64,000 nucleotides of DNA, from contig CAJINV010000002.1 of assembly GCA_905178155.1 (NCBI GenBank), positions 6,850,743 through 6,914,742 of the forward strand, written 5' to 3'. The stretch's first letter is position 1. Every line of letters starts with the position of its first letter. The notes beneath the pieces are model-generated. The model was given only the letters and a program-made list of their open reading frames with translations. It had not been told where the DNA came from and did not search any database. This document shows, piece by piece, positions 1 to 12,300 of this stretch. The DNA is from Amoebophrya sp. A120. Its lineage: Eukaryota; Protista; Dinoflagellata. The translations under genes and the position numbers were made by a program.

Positions 1-432
1 CGCCTTTTGGGTGACTTTTGGTCCTGGGGCAGTGGACAAGCGATTCGCCAGAGTCCAGGCCCCCTCCAATAGCACGCAGGTCAATCCTCATCCGGGGCGC
101 CCGGGCTCGGCTTCCCACCCCCGAACGCCCCAGCTGTGGCGCTGGCCATCTTCCCTGCTGACGAGGCTGCAACGCAGGCGGGGTGGCGTCCCGCACATGC
201 TCACCCAGCAAGTGCCTTGCCAGATCCCTCCTGTTAGCTAGCTAAGTCATCACATCAAGCGGCCACTAGTTGCTTCGTGACATTCCTCCTTCCAACTCAA
301 TCAAAACACTACGCACGCCCTACTATCCCGGCGAGGAAAAAAAGGAAAAAATAACGAGGCTTTTTTTTGAAAAAAAAGTGGCATTTTTTAGGTAAAAGTG
401 GGTGCGTGTATGATTATGATCATTTTTTTCAG

Positions 433-3149
433 CGCGATATCGGAGGTGGAGACAACATCGGATCGCCGACGAGTCTTGTTTCCTTCGTTATGCCTTGCAC
501 GGTCGTTAGCATACAGAATGGTGAATTTGCAGTGAATTTGTATTGCATGACTTGCATTTACTAACAAAAGAGAAGGGCGCTGCGTAGGTATGGACACGAA
601 CCCAAGCAGCCCACGCAGCGTGAAGGGCTGCTCGTCGCCCGGTGGCACTTGCAGCACCGAAAAAAGTGGTCTTGCGGGGGCCCGCCGGACTGTGTGGGGC
701 ACGCATATGTAACCAAAGATGGTGAATCGTGTGGCTCTTGTTCATCTGCGCGTCTGCCTCAGAAGTTCCTCTCCGGAAAGGCCGGGAGGGAGGGCGACGC
801 CTGAACACAGGGGCACTAGTTCAACACGTGCGCTCTCACGAGTTGTGGATGTGGCTTGGAATTGGATATCTGGGAGTAGCCTCGGGTGGAAAGGAAGGCA
901 CGACTCGGCTACGGGCACTAGCTTGCTTGGCCTGGTGTGCTCGGCTTACAACTCCCAAGGCGTGTTTTTGCCCCCGGAGCAAGTCTGTTTCGACGTGGCT
1001 CTCAGGTCAAGAATTCTCTTGGTGAATTTTGAGGCTTTTTGTTTTTGCGACACTTTTTTGAAGCCCCCAAACCCGGAGTTTCTCACGCGCTAGCGAATTT
1101 TGAAAAGGAGCCGGAGGCCAAAATTCACCGGCGCCCTTTTCAAAATCCACCCCAAAATTCACCGGGCGCCCATTTTCGACCGTGATAAGCAAACTTTAGC
1201 GCAGAAAAGTACTCAAAAAAGTGCACAGATAGGCCATGAGAAGGAACGCAAAGGGGGAAAAAGCGGAGTCCTCTGCTGCCCTAAGCCCGTCTGTATTCTG
1301 CTGAAAATGCCGCAAGATTTCACGCGCCTGCCGGGAAAATGCGTCAAAGCTCTCGGCCGGGTCCTTTCGTCCTTGCCTGCCTTCTTGCTTAGTTGTATGC
1401 GCTTCGCAGCCTTTATTTCTGGCGTCTTTGCCGCGGCTGCTGCAGTGCTCTTCTGCGAGAACCCGGAGGCGCAAAAATCTGCCCAAAGAACGGCGCCCGG
1501 GCCATGTCCTCTGGCTGCCCACTGCACAAAAGCCCGCGGCTGCTGCGCGGTGCAGGGCCTTCTACTTCCCAGAACAGGGCCAAGAGGGACAATGTCCCGG
1601 CGGGCTCATCTGCAATTTGGCATGCAAAATTCACTGCAAATTCACCACTTCTCATGCTAACGGGTGTTAAAGCTCTAGTTCCTTCGGAGGTGGAGACAAC
1701 ATCGGATCGCCGACGAGTCTCTCATCTCTGCAGAAGCAGTTCTCTATCGGCGGCAATGGTCCCCTGGCCGGCGGCGCGGGTGATAGTACGAGCTTGAGTT
1801 TCAGAAAACTGCGAACCACACAGCAGCTCGACAGTCCCCCCGGCGCGATGGCTTTGAGCAGTCCGCTGAACCAGAGCCAAAACATCCGTGCTTCGCGGTG
1901 GCGGAAGTTGCGTGCGGTTACGAAATTCGTTGTACAGCAGCAACACGCGCCGGCGGCAGCCTCTGCGGGCGATGCTGATGATCAGAAAACGGACGGTCGG
2001 AGGAGTCTGACGCATACACAATCACAAGTGGCAGAACATGGAGAAGACGCGGAAGCGGAAGCGTCACAGAGTCAGGATGCTTACCACGACGTTGCGGATG
2101 TTGAGGAGCCGCGGTCGCACCATTTACCTGTTACAAAAGTCGCATCCTTCCCGAGGACCCCCGCGGGAACAAATGTAAACCAATCCAACAACGCAGGAGC
2201 TGCAGGACCACGAGGTGGAGCGAATGGCAATGACGTTGAACAACCTGGATTGGTAGAACAAACTCGTGGCACCTTCTCTCCGAATCTGTATGGTCCTGCT
2301 TTTGGACTGCGCAAAACTACCTCATCGTTGGCCAACACAAAAAGTACCAGGAATAATTACAACACGGCGACAGCAGCACCAGTTGTTTCTTCTCCACCTC
2401 CGGAAGAAAGCATAAGCAGAGGTCCTCGCACAGGTAACGATGATTCATCAGCGACAGGCTCGAATGTGAGGAGTCTCACTACGGGGATCTTTTTCTCCCC
2501 AAATAGACAGGCGGGAACTGCAGCTGCATCTCCTGCGCGGCCATCAAGTGCGATGAAAGCGGGGGCCGCGTCAACTTCATCTCCACATAATGTTCCCGAG
2601 ACCACACCACTTGCGAACAAGAGCAAGATCGGAAAAACTACCTCTCTTGGCGGGGGCCAGATCAGGAAAGCTGTTGCCACGGCAACTTCTGCGAGCGGGC
2701 GGAGCCTTGATGGTGTCAGCATCGCAACCGCAGGAACATCGAATAAACTGCCGCTTGCCACGGCTACAACCAGGACAACAACCCTCGCAGACGTGATCAA
2801 GTTGAAGCATGCTTCGAACGAGCAAGAAGCCAAAACTTCGTCGCGTAAGACGGAAGGAGGGTCTTTTTGTTCGGTGGAAGATAGCAAAATCTTCGCTACT
2901 TCTGGAGTAGAAGGGGATGCTCGTGGTGGTGGTGGTGGTGTCTCCTCCACAAACAACACGGGCCACCACGATATCCTAAACGGCGACGGCGTAAACGTAG
3001 TGGATGCATCTTCCTTCGCTGTGGGGGACTTCATCCGCAGTAGCGTTGATCAGCTGATAAGCCTGCGGCGGGGAAGCGGGCTCAACCGGACTTTGAACTA
3101 TCCGACGGCGCCAAGGCGAAGCAATTCCCCATCGGGAGATAGCTTGTAA
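433..3149 (+). CDS. Partial low-complexity S/T/G-rich protein of unknown function; exon ~433-487 joined to ~1687-3149 across a 1.2-kb element; probably frameshifted near 3095
   Basis: Removing the element and one ttccttcg copy joins ...GGGDNIGSPTSLVSF to GGGDNIGSPTSLSSLQKQ..., which runs into ORF 1794-3149. An acceptor-like ttttttcag ends at 432. The 5' end is not resolved. Confidence 0.5.
488..1678. mobile_element. ~1.2-kb non-autonomous inverted-repeat element within coding sequence
   Basis: gttagcatacagaatggtgaatttgcagtgaattt (~505-540) is the reverse complement of aaattcactgcaaattcaccacttctcatgctaac (~1627-1661). Flanking DR ttccttcg (480-487 / 1679-1686). Frame is restored on removal. 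Confidence 0.65.
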
Positions 3150-6100
3150 AAAGCTGGTAAATGATGAAGATCGCGTTGTAAAATTATTGAGAGCTCTAGT
3201 ACTACAACCGTATGACGATGTCGAAGACGAAGATGAAGATGAGGAATCTTCTGTAGCTGCACTTGATGAAATTGAAAAGGAAACTTCGAGACACTCCTGC
3301 CCAGCTGATGCTACGGCGGAAAGTGCAAAACTTTTCTCTCAAAAGCACAATCGGGGCCTAGAGGTGAATAAAGCTACAAAATGAAGTACCAGAACCTGAT
3401 CGGCCAACAAGCCAAAATTGCATACGCGCTCAGGCGGGGTCCGTTTGTGGATGCCGCATTGACTCTGTTCTCCCTGTTTTATCTTCATGCAGGGTGAAGA
3501 AGAAGTAGAAGAAAAACAAGATGAAGTAGATTAGTCTAGATGAACGAAGTTATCTCCTGTGATATCACTTATCGTGTAGTAAGCAAGACGCTTCGTTTTT
3601 AAGTGTCACGCATTTTACTTTTTCATCTTCGACTTCGCGCCTGCCCCAAGTGGGCGTGCAATTGAAAATATGCGTCGTTCTCGTTTCCGTGGAGCAATCT
3701 CTTTTCGCATCGGTCTCAGTTCTTCTTACTTATTTGGTTTTTCTTTTTGAGACGCCGATCGTAATGAATATCAATATGCTTTTGGCTTTGTCGTGGTGCT
3801 CGGTTTGGGTTTACAAAAACCTCGCGATCGCAGACGCAGACGGACCGCTTGTTAGAATTGCTGATAGCGGCAAGAGTTTAGTATTCACAGCTCTACTTGT
3901 GACTTCTGTACAACAGGCACATGCTCAAATAGAAAAACGCTTGAGTACAAAAGTATAATCGACTTTACATGTCGGCTTGTGTCCAACGTATTTACGTTAT
4001 GCGGTAGGTTTGAGACCTACGGCAGGAAGCCTCTACATTCGGTTATGTCTTTACAGGCCAATGTGCTTATCTCTGTAACGTCAGAATGCCTTTATTTTTC
4101 GAATCGAATCCGCGTGCCTATGTCGCAGCGCATGATCGGGGGATATATTTACTGCTTTAGCTCTTGATGAAATCGGAGGTGGAAGCGGAAGCGGAAGCGT
4201 CACAGAGTCAGGATGCTTACCACGACGTTGCGGATGTTGAGGAGCCGCGGTCGCACCATTTACCTGTTACAAAAGTCGCATCCTTCCCGAGGACCCCCGC
4301 GGGAACAAATGTAAACCAATCCAACAACGCAGGAGCTGCAGGACCACGAGGTGGAGCGAATGGCAATGACGTTGAACAACCTGGATTGGTAGAACAAACT
4401 CGTGGCACCTTCTCTCCGAATCTGTATGGTCCTGCTTTTGGACTGCGCAAAACTACCTCATCGTTGGCCAACACAAAAAGTACCAGGAATAATTACAACA
4501 CGGCGACAGCAGCACCAGTTGTTTCTTCTCCACCTCCGGAAGAAAGCATAAGCAGAGGTCCTCGCACAGGTAACGATGATTCATCAGCGACAGGCTCGAA
4601 TGTGAGGAGTCTCACTACGGGGATCTTTTTCTCCCCAAATAGACAGGCGGGAACTGCAGCTGCATCTCCTGCGCGGCCATCAAGTGCGATGAAAGCGGGG
4701 GCCGCGTCAACTTCATCTCCACATAATGTTCCCGAGACCACACCACTTGCGAACAAGAGCAAGATCGGAAAAACTACCTCTCTTGGCGGGGGCCAGATCA
4801 GGAAAGCTGTTGCCACGGCAACTTCTGCGAGCGGGCGGAGCCTTGATGGTGTCAGCATCGCAACCGCAGGAACATCGAATAAACTGCCGCTTGCCACGGC
4901 TACAACCAGGACAACAACCCTCGCAGACGTGATCAAGTTGAAGCATGCTTCGAACGAGCAAGAAGCCAAAACTTCGTCGCGTAAGACGGAAGGAGGGTCT
5001 TTTTGTTCGGTGGAAGATAGCAAAATCTTCGCTACTTCTGGAGTAGAAGGGGATGCTCGTGGTGGTGGTGGTGGTGTCTCCTCCACAAACAACACGGGCC
5101 ACCACGATATCCTAAACGGCGACGGCGTAAACGTAGTGGATGCATCTTCCTTCGCTGTGGGGGACTTCATCCGCAGTAGCGTTGATCAGCTGATAAGCCT
5201 GCGGCGGGGAAGCGGGCTCAACCGGACTTTGAACTATCCGACGGCGCCAAGGCGAAGCAATTCCCCATCGGGAGATAGCTTGTAAAAAGCTGGTAAATGA
5301 TGAAGATCGCGTTGTAAAATTATTGAGAGCTCTAGTACTACAACCGTATGACGATGTCGAAGACGAAGATGAAGATGAGGAATCTTCTGTAGCTGCACTT
5401 GATGAAATTGAAAAGGAAACTTCGAGACACTGGCACTGCCCAACTGCTGCTACGGCGGAAAGTGCAAAACTTTTCTCCCAACAGCACAATTGGGGCCTAA
5501 ACAAGGTGAATAAAGCTACAAAATGAAGTATCAGAACCTGATCGGCCAACAAGCCAAAATTGCATACGCGCTCAGGGGTCCGTTTGTGGATGCCGCATTG
5601 ACTCTGTTCTCCCTGTTTTATCTTCGTGCAGGGTGAAGAAGAAATAGAAGAACAAGATGAAGTAGATTAGTCTAGACGAACGAAGTTATCTCCTGTGATA
5701 TCACTTATCGTGTAGTAAGCAAGACGCTTCGTTTTTAAGTGTCACGTATTCTACTTTTTCATCTTCGACTTCGACCCTGCCTCAAGTGGGCGAGCAAATA
5801 TGCGTCGTTCTCGTTTCCGTGGAGCAATCTCTTTTGCTTTTCGCATCGGTCTCAGTTCTTCTTACTATTTGGTTTTTCTTTTTGAGACGCCGATCGTAGC
5901 GATGAATATCAATATGCTCATCTTGGCTTCATCGTGGTGCTCGGTTTGGGTTCACAAAAACCTCGCGATCGCAGACGCAGACCGCTTGTTTCAATTGCTG
6001 ATAGTGGCAAGAGTTTAGTATTCACAGCTCTAGTACTTCTGACTTCTGTACAACAGGCACATGGACATGCTCAAATAGAAATACGCTTGTTGAGTACAAA

Positions 6101-6333
6101 AGTATAATCGACTTTACATGTCGGCTTGTGTCCAACGTATTTACGTCAGGCGGTAGGTTTCTTGAAACCTACGGCAGGAAGCCTCTACATTCGGTTATGT
6201 CTTTACAGGCCAATGTCCCAGCACCAGAGTGCTTATCTCTGTAACGTCACTGCCTTTATTATAATTTTTCGACGAATCAAATCTGCGTGCCTATGTCGCA
6301 GCGCATAATCGGAGGATATATTTAGCTCTTGAT
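2049..6333 (+). repeat. Tandem segmental duplication, period 2136 bp (2049-4168 and 4185-6333)
   Basis: ORFs 1794-3149 and 4164-5285 are identical from AEAEASQSQ onward. The copies look identical over 2049-3295 vs 4185-5431 and then diverge with substitutions and indels. Confidence 0.95.
4164..5285 (+). pseudogene. 5'-truncated duplicate of the upstream low-complexity CDS
   Basis: Second unit of the tandem duplication; lacks the N-terminal part present in copy 1. Confidence 0.55.
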
Positions 6334-6350
6334 TAACCTTGAAAATAAAG

Positions 6351-9300
6351 ATGCGCAACTGCATGTCTTGTGCGACGTCACAGATGGTGGGTTTCCCAAG
6401 TTGCGTTTTAGTTTTTTGCATCAGAGTTGTCGCCGTATCGACCTTTATCAAATGTAAAAATGTCTGGGTCTGGAAGATTCTGAGACTTGTCATGCATGTT
6501 TTGCCTGGGCCATGATGTCTGTGATGCAGGCCCTAGCATCACAGATTTTTTGAGGGCGTCGCGATGCCTTTTCCGCATGACAAATGCCCTCTCAGCGTAG
6601 CAAAAATCACACTCCCTTTGCTGCTCATGCAATACAGATTTTTTTGGAATCCAAATTCAGCATCACAAGTTGCATTCTTCCAGACCCAGACATTTTTACA
6701 TTTGATAACCTTGTTTGTTGCTGCGATCCAACATCCGCCGGGTGAGGGTCCGGGGCCGCCGGGATCATTGTCTGGAAGGAGCACACGGCAGACCGCTTTG
6801 CAGCAGGACGCTACTGGGGACGAGGAGGAGAACTACGATATGGGCGTTAGCACCTTCCGGCCGCGCCAGCGTCACCACGAAAAAACTTCTCCTCGCCAGG
6901 AAAGGCAGCTACAAGACGCGGCGGCCACGGAGGTGGACGACGGTCAATTTACGGACGAAGTTGCGGACGAAGATTTCGATGCGGATTATGGCTTGCTCAG
7001 ATGTTAAATCTCATTCTCAACTGTTACATAAAGCATCTGGATTTTGTCTCGCGTGAGCAGGAGCATGGGCAGCATACAGAGCTTTGCGCTTTTCGGTACA
7101 ATGAATTTCGCCATAATATGTGTAATTTCACTGTGGTTCTTTGGGGCTCGTCCGGATGAACTTGCTATGCGCGGCGATACTGCTAGACGCGAAGAGTATG
7201 CTGGCTATGGCTAGGTCATGCACTCGCTGTTGCACCTCCGATTTCCATTTCGTGTTGTAACGGCTGGGATTGTAACGCCTGCGTAAGTCATACGGATCAG
7301 TCCCTTTTTCTGGAAATCAACGCCGCGGCAGACAGTGGCAGTGCTATGCCCAGGATTTCGATATCTTCGCAGGAATCCTCGGAAACCGAAGCGGATAAAG
7401 AGAAAGAAACGGTCAGCACAATCGGGGATGCGGAACGCGACGCACCACACCGCTTCCAAGATGATCTACCAGATCTCAACACTGATCCTGCTCAGCAGGC
7501 GTCTGAGCTTACTTCGGCTTACCGGGAATACCTTAGTCGCTCTGTTGCTAGCATGCATGGTCGCAATATGATAATCCCCGACCCGGGGGAGACAGATGAT
7601 GATGCGCCGGGTTCTATGACTGTGCACAAGCTGTAGAAAGTAGTAGATCCCCTACGTCGCTAGCGCTACTACAATTACGGTTTTAAAGCATACGAGAGCT
7701 GCGAGTTCGAACAGGTGCTTTGATGTCCCTTGTGATATGCCTCGCCGATGGTAAAAACTAGGTGCGCACACTTTTCAAAAAACACTGCAGCTGGAAAAAG
7801 TAAAAGCTGCGCGTCGACGTTCTTTGTTCGTGCAAAATATGTATCTGCATTTTTGTACTGGAAATGTTGCTATTGCTTCATTTGATGTAGTTGCAGCTGT
7901 GGTGGACTGGATGAACCACTTCCCGGTCTTCATTGAATTTGCTACTTCTGTGAACATCAGCAACATCAAGGCGGGGGATTTACAAGTCTGCTTGTGCACC
8001 TTTCCCATAGTGAACGACGATAGCGCTCCTGACGACGTGCGGGCTTTCATCGAGAGAACACAGCGACATCATGCCGACGAACAGAAGCACGAAGAAGAGC
8101 AAGAACAACAAAATGAATATGAAAAACCATATCAAGACCAGTCCCGACGTACTACCAGTTACCTGAATGTGTGTCGGCACAGTCAGATAGTCGGCCAGGT
8201 GTTGCGTCACTTTTTCTTGCGCGACGAGAAAAGGCTGCAGTCTTACGCAGACAAGGAAAAATTTTACGTGCACTTCGAAACGGATCGCGGAGACGAGGAT
8301 GATGAGAATTTTTTAGCCGGCGGGGGTCCTCCTTTATTCCATGCTGAGGACGATCCGGGTGGACCGGGCCGCCCACTCCGCGAGCGAGTATTAACCGGGG
8401 ACGAGCTTAGTACTACCACATCCGGAGGTGAACAAATAGATTTTCGAAGTAGAAAGGATGACACAAAAGCACTGTTTACTGAAGCGGCTAGGCATCAGCT
8501 CGAGGAGAGGAGCTCTGGTAGTACTTCTTCAAGCAGCAAGCCGCAAGAACTGGGAGATTCTACCAGAACTACCACTACAAGCTCCTCCATCAAGATAGCC
8601 GGCGCGGAGAATTTGGCGCAGCAGGAACCTTCGGCAGTAATACCAGCGGGCAGTAGTGGTAGAAGTACAGCTTCTACCGGCGGTAGCTCTACTGGTAGCA
8701 CCCCTGCTTCGACGACTTCTCCCACCACGTCCTCCTCTTGGTGGGGCTCTAGTACCGCGTCTTCCTGGTGGAGTTGGGCAAAGGAAAAGGTAAAGCAAAA
8801 GGTTTACCAGCCCGTGGCGAATATGTTTTCGTCCTCCGGAGCAAGTAATGAAGTAGAAAATGCTGCAACTGCAGGTACAACAACGGCCCCGGTAGGCAAG
8901 AGTGAAGACATGGTTGATGCTGGGAGGAAAAAAGGAAATAATGATGACGACAAGAAGCAGAAATACCACAGTACTCGAAAAACCGTAATTAGCGGCTAAG
9001 TTGGTACGGCCCACAGAACAAGAGCAAGCGAATGAAACTTTTTCCGCACGACTGCTAGCTCCTGCATTCTCCGACTTCCCAAGCTAAGTGCTGCAGGATT
9101 GCTCTCCTTCTGCTTTTTCCCTGGGGGAAAAACCGCGCGCGTCCGTACTTGAGATTTTGCGTTTTATTCACTCGATGACGATGATGCGCAAATGCAAAAA
9201 CTCTGAGGCATAAGTTCCCTAATGGCACGTGCCATTAGGGAACTTATGTTTTTGCATTTTCGAAAAACATAAGTTCCCTATTGGCACGTGCAACTAGGGA

Positions 9301-12300
9301 ACTTATGGCTCGAGATTTTGGGTTTTTTTTACTCGATGATGCGCAAGTGGAAATGCAAAAACTCTGAAGCATAAGTTCCCTAATGGCTCGGGCCATTAGG
9401 GAGCTTATGTTTTTGCATTTTCGAAAAGCATAGAAATAGATATCCTATTTGAGCGCGTAAATAGGAAGCTACTCCTTTGATGAAGCTTTGGTTTTTTTCC
9501 GCAAAGGGAGCGCTTTGAAGCTTTGGCTTTTTTCCGCAAGAATAGAAGGGGAGCGCCTCGCCCTGGTGCAAGGGTTTTCATTTCTGCTCGTGTCATGGGG
9601 ACCACGCACGGCGCGACGCAATACTAGCTTTCTTGTGTTGTGGCTCGGAAAGAGTTACCACTTTAGCCGCTTATTACGGTATGCCGAGTAGCACGCAAGG
9701 GACATCAGCAAGAACAAGCTCGTCGAAAATAAATATCGCTAGCAAGCTTCCGAAGTTTCATTCCTCGGCGTACGAAGTGCACGAGGAATTGGCGCCCCTG
9801 ATGAACATGTTGCAAAATCTGTACACGTTTGACGAAGTCAGGCGCGTGTGGAGGCAGAAAACGAACGACGAACTAAGTCCAGCAGTGATGGAGGGAAACA
9901 CTAAACTCGCGCACACCGGCAACCATTTGTATGGTCGGGAGCTGACGCACCTGAAGCCACGCGAATCCTTCCACTCGCATAACGACGCCAGGCGCGACAC
10001 CGCGGTCACGGTAGACACGGGCGCTCCGCGGCATGGGGAGCTCGCCCGAAACGTGTTGCAGGAGGCAAAACTGGATCCGCACTTTTTGCCCTACATGGAA
10101 ACCGTTGTGAACGAATCTATGCATTTTTGCAAAAGAAGTATCGCTACACAGTACTACCAGTACTAGTGTAAAAATGAAATCGCATGTTGACCACGACGAG
10201 TTGGATCAAGTACAGAAACAGATTCCGGTAGGAATTTTGATTTGTCATGCATCACTCTGATTAGTACGAGCGCAATACTTGTTTTGCACTGGATAAAATT
10301 GGCGCACGGGCATTTCTTCGGCGAGGAGCTTGATGTTGCCGTTGCGCCAGCTCGCCCCGACCAGTCGGGTGAGCAGTATGGGATTCTCAAACGTACGCCT
10401 ACATTGCACGCTGTTGCACGATTTGTCACGCTGCTAATTCAGCATGTCACCCTCATCCTCCGCACGATGAGGCTGCTTCGCCTCCATGGCATGGAAATTA
10501 TGCCAAGATGAATACGTTCTAGATTTGTAGTAACGCGAGACGCGCATAAAAAAAACTCCCAACTGTTCACTTTTTCTGTTCTTGCATCGCAAAAGAATTA
10601 TGCAACAGCTATCAATGACGTTGCAACGCGTGCGAACTCCATAAGGAGGAAGTCGCTGGTCCTGCTACTTCTTCACCAGGAACACCAGGAGAAGACGACA
10701 AACACACATCATTTTTGGACCAGCAGAGCAGCAGCACGAAAATAAATGCTACAACTGCTATTGATAAGACCGTCGCCGGGACAGTCGGGAGGGTCCTCGG
10801 CAAAAAAAACGCAACGCGTAACAGAGCGATTGCTGGGGCCACAGCACCAGCTCCTGCAGCTCCTTCTTCACCATTAGCTTCATTGCCGTCGCGTGGAAAT
10901 AAAACTGCTGTTCGTAGGACGAGAGAAGCTACAAGAACTCCATCGACCCGCGTCACGCAAGAAATTGTGACCAGTGCTCGCGCTAGTAGAAAGATTGGCC
11001 GAAGCTCTACTGTAGATGAGGAGAAAACAAAAACAGACCACGAAGAGGAAGATGTTGAAGACGTTGTGACCACGAGTGATCGCGGCCCCAGTGAAAATGG
11101 CGTTCGACACCAACACGAACACAAGAATGACCGACCCGAAAAGCTGCTTTCCACTATGGCCGAACACGTGCTGCTGGACTACCCCGTCACGCTGAACTTC
11201 GACGCTGTAGCGGCGGCCGCGGAGGCCACCTTGACCAAAACGGTGACAGACAACCCGATGACTTGGAAAAAGATGACCGAAAAACTAGGGGAGTTGGCGC
11301 AACTCGGGCACAAAAAGAACGACGAAGGACGAGACAAGAGAAAAAGTGGCGGGGGACCACAATCACAAAGTAGAGTCTTGGACGTCGCGGACCAAGTCCA
11401 TTTCTCCGGTGTGCGATCTTCCACTGCTCCGGAGCACATTTGGTTCTTCGACCGCTTCGTGGTGAAACTGGTTCAGACGCAAGCGTTATCATAAGGAAAA
11501 ATCCCCCCTCCCCATATTGAAAACGTATCCGACTGAAAATTTGTGATGCGCATTTGTGACCTCAAACCCTGTCTGTCTTGCAAGAAGGCAAGTCCAGAGA
11601 GCGCCCCGCATTTTGCAGGCGGTTTGTGATGCTGTTGGGCTTAGAGCATGCACGTTTGTCATGCTAGGCGCCTACGTCAAAGCCTCTCGACTGAGGCTTA
11701 GCATATGCCTGCAGTCCTCTACTGCGAGACAAGTCTGATTTGTGTACGGAAATCCAGCAGCAGAAACTTCGTTTCGATATGGGGGGGGGATTTTTCCTTT
11801 TGATAAGCGTATGAGGACCAGATGTTCTGGTTCCGCGATCCGGATCTGCATATGTCCTTCCTCGAGAAACTGATCGACCACCTACGCTATGCATTGCATC
11901 AGTCATCTCGTACGACCCGTAAGTAGTAATTTTTATCTCAATCAGGCCAAAGTCAAAAAGCAAGCGCAAAAGCCTTTTTATCTTTTTTTCCTTATCGCTT
12001 TTTTCTAGTTACACAACGTCCCTACCGCCGCTTTCGAGCGAGCATTTGTAAACTTACTCTTTATGAGTATTTACAAAAAACTATCTGATCTGATCTGATC
12101 TGCATGAGCATGATGCATGATCCAACTCCGAGCTAAACCTAAATCAGCATGACAAATTCCATTTGAGGAAGATGTCATGCTGAGCTCCTAAATAGAATTC
12201 GCAATGTTGCACGTGAGTACTACTTCTAGTGCGTCGTCGATACTTTTGCAATGCATAAACGCCACCATCGGAATTCCCTCCTCACGCCCTTTTTCGGCCT

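Noticed and set aside
1-420. Tail of another large element at the window edge
   Set aside because: GC-rich with only a weak resemblance to the interior of the 55276 element; any partner end lies outside the window
9209-9409. CRISPR-like repeat-spacer array
   Set aside because: Only three units, unequal spacers (19 and 62 bp) that repeat nearby sequence, eukaryotic intronic context, and no cas genes
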